DNA from: Octopus sinensis
Lineage: Eukaryota
Assembly: GCF_006345805.1 (NCBI RefSeq)
Contig: NC_043005.1
Coordinates: forward strand, 33,480,001 to 33,544,000
Reading direction: 5' to 3'
Length of the DNA stretch: 64,000 bases
Positions 13,769 through 26,896 of the stretch are shown here, one piece after another; the first letter of the stretch is position 1, and each line of letters begins with the position of its first letter. The notes under the pieces were generated by a model that worked only from the letters and a program-made list of their open reading frames with translations, did no database searches and was not told the origin of the DNA. A program made the translations under genes and the position numbers.

Positions 13769-14147
13769 CTGTATGAGAGTGATTGCAATATGTTTCCTGT
13801 TGTTTTTCAGACTGTTCACCTGATAAAACATTTGTTTCATAACTTTCCCTAACTTTTTCAGGGTCGGACTCCCCAGAAGAAGACTTGTTGCTCTCACTGT
13901 TGTTATCATGAATATCATTATTATTGTTGTTGATTTTGTTGTGTTGTTGCTGTTGGTGGTGGTGGTGATGGCCATTACAACAGTTTTCGTGTTGAGATGG
14001 CGAACTCGAAGACGTGTTCTTTACCATTTTATCGACAAGAGATGGATCCTGATCCTCCGCCATAAACTTACTTAGGCGCACCCATCCGCAGTTGTTTTTC
14101 TGTTTCTTCTGTTTATTCCTATCCGAGACTCGTGGAAGTGAAGCCAT
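13769..14147 (-). CDS. Probable first coding exon of an unidentified host gene; low-complexity His/Gln/Asn/Ser-rich N-terminus
   Basis: Open frame MASLPRVS..FMAEDQDPSLVDKMVKNTSSSSPSQHENCCNGHHHHHQQQQHNKINNNNN..YCNHSHT ends at a consensus donor ACAG|GTAAGA (exon ends 13769, phase 1). It is CpG-rich and not repeat-like. The start ATG is uncertain (14147, ~14063 or ~14027) and no downstream exon was identified. Confidence 0.7.
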
Positions 14148-14149
14148 TA

Positions 14150-14600
14150 ATTTTTCAACAGGGTCTCTCTCTGTGTATATTTCTGTGTAGGTGTGTATTA
14201 TAATGGTCTACAGAATCCGTGCATGTGTGAAGGCGAAGAAGGAAAAAGAAAAAGGAGGGCAAACAGCAGAAGAGCGGGGACGGTAACAAGTTATAGAGAA
14301 ACTGTGTCGCCTCGCCTTTCTAGTAATGACAAATAGAGAAGGGAGGGTTTCAAAGTTGTAAACTTTCTGCTTATCAATGTCTTCCTATACAATAACCAGG
14401 ATGGGTGATAGTAAAAAGTTGAGTTATTAACGTCGACAACGAGAATTTGTTATGGTGGAATGGATTTAACTCGAAATAGTTGAAAAAATTAATAATAAAA
14501 CCGGAACTAAAGCGAGAGGCACCTTTGGCGGTCGTTTCCTGTCTTTCATGGCACAGCACGTGGCCAACCAAACTTTTTGTCACTTTCACCTCTGGATTTC
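14150..14600. promoter_or_regulatory. Probable promoter/5'UTR region of the minus-strand gene
   Basis: Immediately upstream of the exon and locally CpG-rich; CCGGAA (ETS-like) 14501-14506, TTTGGCGG (E2F-like) 14524-14531, CACGTG E-box 14557-14562. Confidence 0.5.
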
Positions 14601-15345
14601 TTCTCCCCTTTCTTCTAGCTTTAAATCATATTTAAAGCAATCCTTACATTTCTAGCTTACTATTTGCTAAATCAAAGCAAGCATTCACATAAACAACTAT
14701 TTCCTCCAACTAACTTATCTCACCCACTTTCATATTCACACACACACGCCTTCTTTCTTTACTTTCTCACAAAAACAATTGACGCCATTTTCAGTTTCGC
14801 TTTTATTTTATCAGCAAAAAGTTTTCTCTCTTACAGTTTCTCTAAATTTAACATCAGTTTTTAATTCTTTAATAGGGATTCAATATTACATTAAATAACG
14901 ATTGTACATATTAGAAAAATTAATTAAATAAAGATATTGTCACTTTAGAAATAAAAAAAAAATTAAAAGAAAATAGCTGATTGATGATATTTAAATAGTT
15001 AACTGAATCAGCAAAAATTGCTTTACTTCTTTAAACAAATTCATCGCACATGTACACACACATATACAATCGGTTTGTGTGTGTGTGTGTGTATAGGAAT
15101 GTGTGTGTGAAAGTATATGCATGTACATTATATACATTAACAAATAGGTAAATATATTATAAACATGCATATATTTATACACACACACATATACATTTGA
15201 GAGACGGAGAGGGGGGGGCTGTTGCTCCATTTCTGGTTCAGATTGGTGCTTATATGCCTAATATACGCTACACATACAGCTGTGTATAATGTACATATTC
15301 ATACGTGGATATTGCAAAATATAAGTATTTAAACACAGTTAAATA

Positions 15346-15427
<82 letters not shown>

Positions 15428-16342
15428 ATGTGTACAAACGTATGTATATATATAGACAACTACACGAACACCCACACTCAGTCACATATAACTTAAACTT
15501 TGATAACTTTGATAGGTTTCGGCCAGTATAGGCTCCGGCGATATCTAACTTAATAGGACCACCTACATATATGTAGGAAATACGCACACAAACACATACA
15601 TACATGTATTTATATACAAGAGTTATGAAAAAAATCCACAACTTTCCGTCTCAATAAACCACCATCTCCCTAAAGTTGTTTTCTTTTTATATATAATTAC
15701 TACGGATTGCTTGAAGTTAACTTTATTACTACACCTCGACCTTACATTTATATATATCTATATATATATATATATACATACATACACACGCACAAACAGA
15801 TTCGCACAAATATATAACATACGTACAGATACACACAGTGACATATACACGTCTGCACACAAATATGTAGGACGAAATAAATTTATAGCAAAAACAAAAG
15901 TGAAACTTGATAATCGTTTCTCAATTTACTGAAGTTTATTTCTGTTTTTTCACCATTCATATAAAACCCATCAAATGTTATAAGTGCTGAGAGATTTAAA
16001 ATAATGAAAAATTTTTAACTATTTCTAAATTAACGGGACATTCCTGTAGTAAGTTTAATTAGTAGGTCACCAGCAACAACTTTGGGTCGTCCTCTCTCTC
16101 TCTCTTTCTCTTTCTCTCTCTTTCTCTCTTGTCCTGTCTTACATTAATATTATATTGTAAAAAGTCACTATTAATTGTTTGGTACGTGTAAATTTTGTAA
16201 CTTTCTTCTTTAAAAAGTTAATTAATGAAAATTTACGTGGTGACAGTGAAGAAGGAAAGAAGACGAGAAAAAGAAAAGTTTTATTCAAGTTTTCATAAAA
16301 GTAGTTGGTACCGAACAAGATCAAACAACATGGATGGTGCGA

Positions 16343-17017
16343 CATACATACATACATACATTCATACATACATACACTCATACATACATACATACATACA
16401 TACATACATACATACATACATACATACATACACTCATACATACATACATACACACATACATTCATGCATACATACATACATACATACATACATACATACA
16501 TACATACATACACACATACATACATACATACATACATACATACATACATACATACTACACACATACATTCATGCATACATACATACATACATACATACAT
16601 ACATACATACATACATACACACATACATACATACAACATACATACATACATACATACATACATACATACATACATACATACTACATACATACACATACAT
16701 ACTACATACATCCATACATACATACATACATACATACATACATCATACATACATACATACACACATACATTCATGCATACATACATACATACATACATAC
16801 ATACATACATACATACATACACACATACATACATACATACATACATACATACATACATACATACATACACACATACATTCATGCATACATACATACATAC
16901 ATACATACATACATACATACATACATACACACATACATACATACACACATACATACATACATACATACATACATACATACATACATACATACATACATAC
17001 ATACATACATACATACA
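16343..17017. repeat. (CATA)n tetranucleotide microsatellite, ~675 bp
   Basis: Directly visible; source of the spurious HTYI/MYVC ORFs. Confidence 0.97.
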
Positions 17018-17479
17018 TGTTCTATACTGTATATGCATGTATGTATGTTATACATATAGATATGTCTGTCATCGATAACACCTAACAGAAGGTGATTCTT
17101 TTCCATTCACCAAAGTGAATGGGGCTTTGAGGGGGTGGAACTGATGCCATTCGACTGTTTGCAAACAATCATCGGGTGTTTCGACCCTGAACCGTTATAC
17201 CCTCCCGTTGATGGTGAGAAAAGGTAAACAAATCACTGCTCATCATCTCTTCTGGCTTCCAGCTTAACTCCTCTCTCTCGCCTCTCCCATACACCACCTC
17301 ATATATATATATACATATACATATATATGTGTGTGTGAATGTGTATAAAACATGTTTTATATACATACATATATATATATTATATATGTATATATAATAT
17401 ATACTTATTATATTAAACTTTTTAATACCTTTTTGATAGTTATATAAAAAAATTAAATAAATAAATAAATAAATATAAA

Positions 17480-17853
17480 GGCGCAGGAGTGGCTGTGTGG
17501 TAAGTAGCTTGCTAACCAACCACATGGTTCCGGGTTCAGTCCCACTGCGTGGCATCTTGGGCATGTGTCTTCTGCTATAGCCCCGGGCCGACCAATGCCT
17601 TGTGAGTGGATTTGGTAGACGGAAACTGAAAGAAGCCTGTCGTATATATGTATATATATATTATGCGTGTGTGTTTGTCCCCCTAGCATTGCTTGACAAC
17701 CGATGCTGGTGTGTTTACGTCCCCATCACTTAGCGGTTCGGCAAAAAGAGACCGATAGAATAAGTACTGGGCTTACAAAGAATAAGTCTCGGGGTCGATT
17801 TGCTTGACTAAAGGCGGTGCTCCAGCATGGCCGCAGTCAAATGACTGAAACAA
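17480..17853 (+). mobile_element. Full-length Octopus-type tRNA-derived SINE
   Basis: Head GGCGCAGGAGTGGCTGTGTGGTAAG (A box) and GGTTCAGTCCC (B box), internal TA/TG tract, tail cagtcaaatgactgaaacaa; CpGs intact. Confidence 0.9.
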
Positions 17854-17859
17854 ATGAAT

Positions 17860-18116
17860 GAATAAATATTAAAAAATTAAAAGTTTAAAAATTTCTAAAT
17901 TTAAAATTTTAAAAATATTTAAAAAATATAAAAATTTATAAATAAAAATTAAAAATTTTGAATTTAAATAATTTAATCTTAAATGTTATATTTTATATAT
18001 TTTGTATATTATATTAATTATCTTTTTCTCTGATTTGCTTAATAGTGGTTTTATCTCTAATTTAATTTATATATATGTATGTATATATATATATATACAT
18101 ATATATATACATATAT

Positions 18117-18208
<92 letters not shown>

Positions 18209-18260
18209 ATATATATATATATATATGTATGTATACATATATATATACATATATATATAT

Positions 18261-18295
<35 letters not shown>

Positions 18296-18420
18296 GTATG
18301 TATATATGTATATGTGTGTATATATATATATATACATATATATATACATATATATATATATATAATACATATATATTATACATATATATACACATATATA
18401 TATATATATATATAGTTTAT
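17860..18420. repeat. AT-rich tract and (TA)n microsatellite with a fragment of the element at 41810
   Basis: ctgatttgcttaatagtggttttatctctaatttaa is the reverse complement of ttaaattagagataaagccactattaggcaaatca at ~41905-41942; another fragment lies at ~8100-8290. Confidence 0.7.
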
Positions 18421-18464
18421 ATCCAGTTAATATATCTTCTAAATATACGTGTATTCTTTTATTC

Positions 18465-18704
18465 TTTTAATTTTTTCAGTCATTTGATTGTGGCCATGCT
18501 GGAGCACCGCCTTTAGTCGAACAAATCGACCCCAGGACTTATTCTTTGCTTTGTAAGCCTAGTACTTGTTCTATCGGTCTCTTATGCCGAACCGCTAAGT
18601 TACGGAGAGGTAAATACACCAACATCGGTTGTCAAGCGATGGCGGGGGAACAAACACAGACACAAACATTATACACATACATACATACATATATATAAAT
18701 ATAA

Positions 18705-18752
<48 letters not shown>

Positions 18753-18845
18753 GGTTTTATTCAGTTTCCGGCTGCCAAATCCACTCAGGTTGGCCTGAGT
18801 CTATAATAGAAGACACTTGCCCAAGGTGCCACACAGTGGGATTAA
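18465..18845 (-). mobile_element. tRNA-derived SINE copy, 5'-truncated
   Basis: tttcagtcatttgattgtggccatgctggagcaccgcc..gaagacacttgcccaaggtgccac is the reverse complement of the 17480 SINE. Confidence 0.85.
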
Positions 18846-19124
18846 ACCTGCGTATACATTCACTGCTTTCTTCCAAGGAATCTAATACTCTTAGCCTATT
18901 TTTTCCTTGGGGCTGGCCAGATTGGAGCAATCTCGAGTATAACCAGCCAAAATTGCAAAGATAATCTGGAACTTGACTGAGGATAGAAAACTCCAAATGA
19001 TCCATCTTTGTTTTCCTTGTATTGTCTGTCTGAATATTTTGTTGTCCCTATTTTGTTTCACCTAAACTGTCTGGATGTTTTGTGTTCTTGTCAAATTTTT
19101 GTATTTTCTTATATATATATATTA

Positions 19125-20346
19125 TTTTGAATAAAGAAAACAATTGATCAGATGTTACATTTAATTGAAATTTAATCATCAATGTACTTTCCCTGAGTAT
19201 CTATGACTTCCTTCCATCTATTTACAAGCTTTTTAATCCTATCAATGTAAAACTCTTTTGGTTTCAAAGCGAAGAACTCTGAAATGTTAGTTTTGACCTC
19301 CTCCTGGCTTGCGAAAGTTATGTCTCCCAAATAATTCTGTAAACTATGAAACAAATGGTAGTCTGAAGGAGCAAGATTGGGAGAATAAAGTGGATGAGGA
19401 ATTTTTCCTGACAAATGTGATTTGTGCAGTGTGGGGTCACGCATTGTCCTGATGCAACATCACTCCTTTTCGATTCACTAAAGCAGGTCTTTTTTTCTTC
19501 AAAGCTTGGTTCAAACGCTCTAATTGCTAACTGTAGACTTGAGCATTGATTGTTGCATTAGGTGGTAACAATTCAAAGTGAATTACTCCTTCACAATACC
19601 ACCAGATAAAGAGAAGAACCTTTTTCCCATGAAGTTCCCTTCTCGGTTGTGGTTGGGCTCTTTCCCTTTTACCAAACCACTGTTTACGATGTTTAACATT
19701 TCGATAGAAGATCCATTTTTCGTCACCAGTCACAGATCTGTCCAAAAAGGGTGAAATGAGTTCGCAAGAATGGAGAGAAGAGCATATGCCAACTCGGGAT
19801 TTGCGGTTGCTTTCAGACAATTCAGGAGGCACCCATTTTCCAAGTTTAGGAACATTTCCAAGTTGCTGAAAATGATGATGAACAATTGTATGGCTTGAAC
19901 TAAGCTTTATTGCCAATTCTTCGACTGATAATGCAAGATTTTCTTCAAGTAATGCCTCAAGGAGCTTATCATCAAACTCAACTAGATGTCCTGTTCGATC
20001 TTCATCTTCAAGGCTGAAATCTCCACTTCTGAATTTTGCAAACCATCTTCTTTCATTCAAGCATTCTTTCCCATAAACTGAGAGTATGTTTCGAGTCGCT
20101 TCGGCTGCAAAGTTTCCTTTTTTGTACTTATGTGCCTCAAATGCTCTTTGGAGACTTCCATGTTAAAAAGAATTTTAATCAAAGAAATTTTAATTCTATT
20201 ATTCTGTAAAATAATATTTAATTAGTTAAATATACACAAATGCATAAAAATAATTTTTAATTCCATTAGACATTCTAAAATACTATTAAATTTCATTCAG
20301 TTTTAAAAAAGGTAAAATTGGACAGAACTTATGAGATGACTTGATA
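19125..20346 (-). mobile_element. Mariner (DD34D, Mos1/Hsmar1-like) transposon, decayed
   Basis: WFAKFRSGDFSLEDE, WVPPEL, VTGDEKWIFY, HQDNA*PH and YSPNLAPSDYHLF motifs across stops and frameshifts; TIR-like gacagaacttatgagatgacttgata at 20321-20346. Confidence 0.92.
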
Positions 20347-20360
20347 TATATATATATATA

Positions 20361-21413
20361 TACTAGCAGAGATACCCGGCATTGCCAGTTTCATATGGAA
20401 TCGAAGAATTAGACTTAACTTTTATATTTTCTCTAATGAACTGGAATACCTATGATTCTAATTTCATCAAATATGGAGATTAAGAAATTTTAATGTGGGT
20501 TCTCTCTCTCTTTATACACCCTAACAAAAGTTCTAATCATGACATATCTCATACTACTCATCTTTATGCCCAGATTCCAAAATCCAAATCTTATAAAACC
20601 TATTCAAAGATTTTTGTTCCTGAAAAATGGAGCACATGGAGCTCTAAAATGTAACAGTGTTGTACCATTGAATTACTAATAACACTCATCTGGTATGCTC
20701 AAGTGACTCACAAGTTCCAAGACTACAATTGTATTCGTCTTGGCTTAGGAAAAATGACTAAATTGTGGGGGGATTAGGACCCATTAAGGGTTGTTACTAA
20801 CTCCTAAGAAATTGAAATTTTAGGAATATTACTTCATTTGTGTCTAATATCTATGGTTAAAATTTCTCAACAGCAAAAATATATGAATTTTCACGGGGAT
20901 TATGGCCTCATTTATACCCCCTCACTTTCAAACATTTTACTGCATGCAATACAATTTCCAAATTTCATAAAGATCTTTTGACCTAGTTTTGGGTCATAAA
21001 AAAATGACTAAAATTTGGGTGTTAAGGCTCCTATTAGGGGTCTTAGAATCTTCATGAGAAGCAGAAACTTTGGGAATACTTCTTGATTTATGTTAATTAC
21101 CTATGGCTGAAATTTTATCAACATCGGAAATTTATGAATTTTCATGGGGGGGCTCTTCCCCCTTTAAGCCACCTCAAATTCAAACCAAACATACTGCATT
21201 ATACCTGCCCTTATGCATTGAATCTAAGTTCTAAATATCGTAAGGATCCATTCAGTAATTTTGGTCCACAAAATTGTATGAAACATATGGCATTGCTCTT
21301 CTCCCTAGGGTTGGATTTTGGGTTCCAAATTTCATTAGGATTGGTGCTGTAGTTTTCGAAACTATAAGTAACACTTGAACACACATACAGACATTGACTT
21401 TTATATAATAGAT
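20361..21413 (+). mobile_element. Non-autonomous Helitron/Helentron-like element
   Basis: Starts TACTAGCAGAGATACCCGGCATTGCC and ends acagacattgacttttatataatagat, like the copies at 27449 and 52108; internal ~250-bp diverged tandem repeat. Confidence 0.6.
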
Positions 21414-21749
21414 ATATATATATTTTCACATATACATGCATGTGTGTGTGTGCGTATTATATATATATATACTCAGAAAGATAGATTGATTGATACAACT
21501 GAGTGGGCAAACAAAAATGAGACACTTCCATGAAGAATTTTTTGTCAAATGAATCGATCCCAATGCTTTTTTTTTTTTGATAAGCCTGGTACCTATTCTA
21601 TCAGTCTCTTCTTGTCAAACCAGTAAGTTACGAGAATGTAAATAAACCAACACCAGTTGTCAAGCAGTGATGAGGGAGAAACACAGACACAAAGACACAC
21701 ACATACACTTACATATATACATACACACACACACAAATATATATATACA

Positions 21750-22565
21750 TGATAGATGTATCAAGTGCTGAAGGAGGATCTCAGGACCCACCCTACAAGA
21801 TGATCCGCTGTCATGAGCTTACACAAGTTTATAAGGCCATGAGACTGGGGAGAAGTTTTCAGATTGCTGAAGGCACACTGCCCGACCTGGTGTTCACTGT
21901 GGAAAGAAATTTGATATCAAAAAGAAAGTAAACCACCCGAATGACTAACTTTAGAGTGTATCTGGCTCTGTAAATAGTAGATTCATAAACTGACATTAAA
22001 ATCCTCAGTCAGTTGTGGTTTGGGCAGCTGTGACAGCCACTGGAAGGTTTCCCCTTGTTTTTGTGTTATATTTAACTCCAGCAATACATTAGTGACATTC
22101 TGGAAGCTGAACGGCAAATGAGCACTTTCAAGGCACACTTTGGCACCTTCAACAGGATTAGGCACCATCACATAGTTCCAAACAGATACAACACTGAATT
22201 CAGAAAAACATTCCGTCATTCATAGGCAAGGATCTATGGCACTTAAGAAGCCCCAATCTCAACTTATTGAATTTTTCTGTTTGGTCCATTTTGGAGATGA
22301 GGGTCTTGAACAGTCATCATGCTCTGAAGGCAAAACTGTGCCAGGAATGGGGTTCGATTCTGCAAGAACAGCTGTGTGCCACATGTGGAGCATTTGCACC
22401 TAAAATTAAGGCTGTGATTCAAAACAGAGGTGGTCATATTGAATAAATGTGGTAGTGCCATAATTGTGTTTCCGTTACCATTGCATTGCAATGCTTGGAC
22501 CTGAAAGATAAGAATATTTTGCTTTGGCAAAATTGAAAATAGTTGGTTGCTTTTGGAACATTCTG
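21750..22565 (+). mobile_element. Tc1/mariner DD37D (maT-like) transposase pseudogene fragment with right end
   Basis: GKKFDIKKKVNHPND, VV.WAAVTATGRFPLVFV, TFQQD*APSH and LWHLRSPNLNLLNFSVWSILE..KAVIQNRGGHIE* across frameshifts; terminus ttggaacattctgta. Confidence 0.8.
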
Positions 22566-22589
22566 TATATATGTATATATATATATATC

Positions 22590-22903
22590 ACCGTGATCAC
22601 CAGGTGACTGACCAGGCTATCAGATGTTGCTATACATCGCTGGTCACAATGCGCTTTGCATTGTTTTAGCCTTCAAATGACGCCACCCCGCTGGCTAAGC
22701 AAGCAGGCCAACAGAAGAAAGAATGAGAGAAAGTTGTGGCGAAAAAGTACAGCAGGGATCGCCACCACCCCCTGCCCGAGCCTCATGGAGCTTTTAGGTG
22801 TTTTTGCTCAATAAACACTCACAACGCCCGGTCTGGGAATCGAAACTGCAATCCTACAACCGCGAGTCCGCTACCCTAACCACTGGGTCATTGCGCTTCC
22901 ACA
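22590..22903 (-). mobile_element. tRNA-derived SINE (third family)
   Basis: Minus-strand head gtggaagcgcaatgacccagtggttagggtagcggactcgc...gtttcgattcccagacc has A- and B-box-like motifs. Confidence 0.8.
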
Positions 22904-22944
22904 TACATATATATATATATAAACTGATACTACTTTGGCTATGA

Positions 22945-23235
22945 TGACAAGGGTTCCAGTTTATCCAATCAGTGGAACAGCCTGCTTATAAAATTAGCAT
23001 GCAAGTGGCTGAGCACCCTACAGATGAATGTAACCTTAATGTAATTCTCAGGGAGATTCAAAGTGACACAGAATGTGACAAGGCTGACCCTTTGAAATAC
23101 AAGTACTACTCATTTTTGCCAACTGAGTGGATTGGAGTAATGTGAAATAAAGTGTCTTGCTCAAGGACACAATGCCATCATTGGGAATAGAATACATAAT
23201 CATAAACCAAATACCCTAACCACTAAGTCATAGGC
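22945..23235 (-). mobile_element. SINE (family with ttcttgagcaagacactttatttca core)
   Basis: gaaataaagtgtcttgctcaaggacacaa motif; related copies at 29492-29830, ~56660-56800 and ~58900-59420. Confidence 0.7.
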
Positions 23236-23240
23236 CTTCA

Positions 23241-24410
23241 TACGAGGGGCGTTCAATAAGTAATGCCCCTGACACACTTCCCATAGCAGTAGAGCAACGA
23301 AACTTGGCACAGTTATTAGTCTTTTTCTACATAGGAACCACCCAGAGTTACGCATTTCTCCCATCGTTTGATGCAGCTCTGGAGGCCGTTTTTGTAGAAG
23401 ACCCCAGCTTGGTCCTCCAACCACGACGTGACTTCAGAAATCAAGGCTGCATCATCTGGGAAATGCTTTCCTTTCAAAAACAACTTCATGGCTGGGAAGA
23501 GGTGAAAATCAGAGGGTGCAAGGTCAGGAGAGTAGGAGGGATGGGGGAGGAGTTCATAGCCGCATGCCTGTGCTTCTGATCTGGCGACACGCGAGTTGTG
23601 GACCGGAACGTTGTCCTGCAGGAGGAGGATGCCTTTGCTGATCTTGCCCCGCCTCTTGATTTTGATAGCTTCTCTTAATTTCCTCAAAAGTAAAGCATAA
23701 TAGGCTCTTGTAATTGTGGTACTCTTTGCCAGGAAATCTGTCATCACTACTCCGTCCTGGTCCCAGAAGACTGTGAGCATGACCTTGCCAGCGGAGGGCT
23801 GCACCCTTACCTTCTTTGGAGGAGGTGAGTCACGGTGCTTCCACTGCATTGACTGGGCTTTGGTCTCTGGATCATAGTGATGGACCTAGGTCTCATCCTG
23901 TGTAATCAGTCTTTTGAAAAATTTTGACTTATCTTCTTGGCACATCTCCAAATTCATCCTCGAGCACTCGACATGTTCTTGCTTCTGGAAAGGTGTGAGC
24001 AACCTGGGAATCCATCTGGCAGACACCTTTTGCATATGCAAATGGTCACGAATGATAGTTTCCATAGACCCAGTACTAATTTTGACCTCATGGGCTATTT
24101 AGCGAATAGTTATGTGTCGATCTTCCAAAATGGCAGCCTCAACTTGACGGACAGATGCCTCATCAATGGCAGAAGTGGGGTGACGAGATCTGGAAGCTGT
24201 TTACACAGAGTTCCGACCATGTTTGAATTCACGATGTCAGCATTTTACAAGGTCATATGATGGGGCATCATCACCATAAGTTACTTTCATTTCATCAAAG
24301 TTTCCCATGATGTGCGTCCTTTCAAATGCAAAAACCGGATCACTGCTCGATACTCAACAGGCTCCATTTCACACTTGACTCAGTTCAAACACCTGTAAAT
24401 CAGAAACCCG
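23241..24410 (-). mobile_element. Mariner (DD34D, irritans/Hsmar2-like), 5' end lost to a (CATA)n tract
   Basis: ORF 23316-23849 QWKHRDSPPPKK..SAGKVMLTVFWD..LQDNVPVH..YSPDLAPSDFHLF; TIR TA-CGAGGGGCGTTCAATAAG at 23241. Confidence 0.93.
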
Positions 24411-24469
24411 TATACATACATACATACATACATACATACATACATACATACATACATAAATACATTCAT

Positions 24470-24550
<81 letters not shown>

Positions 24551-24600
24551 TACATACATACATACATACATACATACATACATACATACCAACATACATA
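24411..24600. repeat. (CATA)n-(CA)n-(CATA)n microsatellite
   Basis: Directly visible. Confidence 0.95.
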
Positions 24601-24601
24601 A

Positions 24602-26896
24602 GTAGCAAACAGCTACAAAATGTCTAAGCCAGGATTTGAAACCAAACACATAGTTTCTTACAGGTCCTGAACCTATTGTTCTTGCCTGTTGTACTATGTG
24701 AATTATGAGAATAAGCTGGCCTCTAGGTTTTCTCAAGTCAAACATGGGTCAGGGCTGATTAGAGTGGAAAAAAATTCTTTGTTTTGGCTTGACCTAATTA
24801 ACTGTTACATGTTGGTGACCCTCAGATTCAAGAACTGCATACTTTCTGAATCATTTGCAGTATGTCATTCCAATAATCATTACAACAAGGACCCACAACA
24901 AAAAGAATTACAACCATCTTGACAAATTATCAAATGTTGCATTTCAGTGATGAATGTGAACTTTCTATAATTAAAGAAGATTGAACTATGCCAAACCAAA
25001 GTGTGAACTACATGTATTGGCAAAATATCTATGTTACACTTCTGGAGAATTCAAAGTCTTTAAGCAGTTAAATCTAACCTTAGAAAACCTATATGCATCC
25101 TTGTTTAATTTGCTGTACACAGCTTTACCAAGATACAAATTCTGCAGTTCCACTTCCAACTATCAACAAAGAAAGCAGGGCAGTCAACTGTGATACAGAA
25201 AATAACTAGATTGTATCTCTGCAAGCCTACATCCTGGGACCTACACAAGAACAGTGTATCCAGTAAATGCTCCCCCCACAGAACTACATGGATGGAACTA
25301 TGGAAGCCCACATGTACAACATTTTCAACAGTCACACACTTATTTCTCATGTTTTGAAGTTAAGACTCTGTATTTTCTACACAGACTTTGAGCATATAGG
25401 CTTTTATAAACTCTCAAGAACTTTTTCCTAACATATACTTATTCTTTCTTGCATTTCAGTACCAGGTTACCTAGCAAAGAACACTCCTCCTATCAAATTT
25501 GTCATTCTTTTGTTTACATTGATTTCATACAATTAATATGTTTTCTGCCCTGCAAACTTTTATTTGTTTACATGTTTGCATATTCATAAACTTGAAACAC
25601 AATTTTGTTCAAAATTAATGCTATGAAGGTGAACTCTGCAAAGTTGACTAATTCACGTGCATATGTTTTTATAATGTTCTTTTATCATTGGCCATCTGCA
25701 TCGTTCATGCACATATATTGTTCATCCATGGTTTTTACTACATTTTGTCATGTTTGCAGATTTTTCACAGGTTAATCAATCTTTGCACTATTCTATATTT
25801 TTTGATTACAGAAGAAAAGAATCAATGGTCATATAAACATACATACATGCATATATACATACGTACATACATACATACATACATACATACATACATACAC
25901 ACACATCACACACATACATACATACATACATACACACATACATACATACATACATACATACATACATACATACATACATGTCTACACCTAGTTACACACA
26001 TACACCCCAATATTGTGCTGTCATTAACTTGTTTTTCATGTCTACGCCTACTCAGTTCTTTTCCTGACTCAGTGCATGTCAGATATTTGACTGTGATCTC
26101 TTCCCCCTTGCTTCCAGACACAACTTATCACTTTATGACCAGACTGGCCATGGTATATAGAGAAAGTTTGCCTGTCTCAACATGCTAGCATGTCACACTT
26201 TGTCATCTTGCTTACTCATAGAAAATGTACATGACGCCAATGTCAGACCCACTAGGCCTCTGCACTTCTTTCAAGGCACTTACCACAGTATGCACACTTC
26301 TGCAAGAAATTTTTTTCAATTATATCATGGATTGAGAATGCACTCTCTTGTCTCAGTTCCTTTTGCTGAAAGTCTGCACCTGAATGTCTTTTGCACATGT
26401 GCACACAATCAATGACTGAATCACGTACATGCTCACTTGATTCTATCCTAATGCAAAACTCCAGACCGCACTCATTGCACAAAGCAACATTGAACTATTC
26501 AAACACATTCAAATAGATACCTGTCCCGTATACATCACCACAGATTCTCCTGATATCTATTATTTTTCTAGCCTAGCATCACATCTGCCTATAACTTCAC
26601 TCTTTGCAAACACAATTTTGAATGTTCTTCAATTTTCACATAGTACACATTCCTTAAAATTTTTTTGTTATCAATCTTTTGTCATTGTCAAATTCTCTGG
26701 GAGGAAGAAGATGTAGCAAATAACTACAAAATGTCAAAGTCAGGATTTGAAACCAAATACACAATTTCCTATTGTTCTTGCCTGTTGCACTAAGAGATTT
26801 ATGAAAATAAGCTGACCTCTTGGTCATTCTTGAGTCAAACATTGGTCAGGACTGATTAAAGAGTAAAAATCTTTTGTTTTGACTTAACCTAATTTA
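24602..26896 (+). repeat. Pair of ~190-200 bp diverged direct repeats (24602-24803 and 26713-26896)
   Basis: gtagcaaa.a.ctacaaaatgtc.aag.caggatttgaaaccaaa..cctattgttcttgcctgttg..gtcaaacat.ggtcag..ctgatta..ctttgtttt.. is present in both. Confidence 0.85.
26180..26500 (-). pseudogene. Decayed PHD-finger-like coding remnant (possibly LINE ORF1)
   Basis: CNECGLEFCIRIE..CVHMCKRHSGA resembles CxxCxxWFHxxC..WxCxxC; followed by CAYCGKC.. with stops. Confidence 0.35.

Noticed and set aside
17100-17225. Frame EWGFEGVELMPFDCLQTIIGCFDPEPLYPPVDGEK ending at AAG|GTAAAC
   Set aside because: No clean in-frame acceptor; upstream stops in all frames from the nearest CAG.
17480-17560. tRNA genes suggested by A/B-box motifs (also 22830-22903, 29492-29560, 40832-40910)
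   Set aside because: These are SINE heads continuing into SINE bodies; no complete cloverleaf or Pol III terminator.
9361-18516. Long ORFs of [12 protein letters not shown] type (e.g. 9361-9936, 16139-17038, 16225-17085, 18079-18516)
   Set aside because: They are translations of (TA)n, (CA)n and (CATA)n microsatellites, which lack stops in several frames; not genes.
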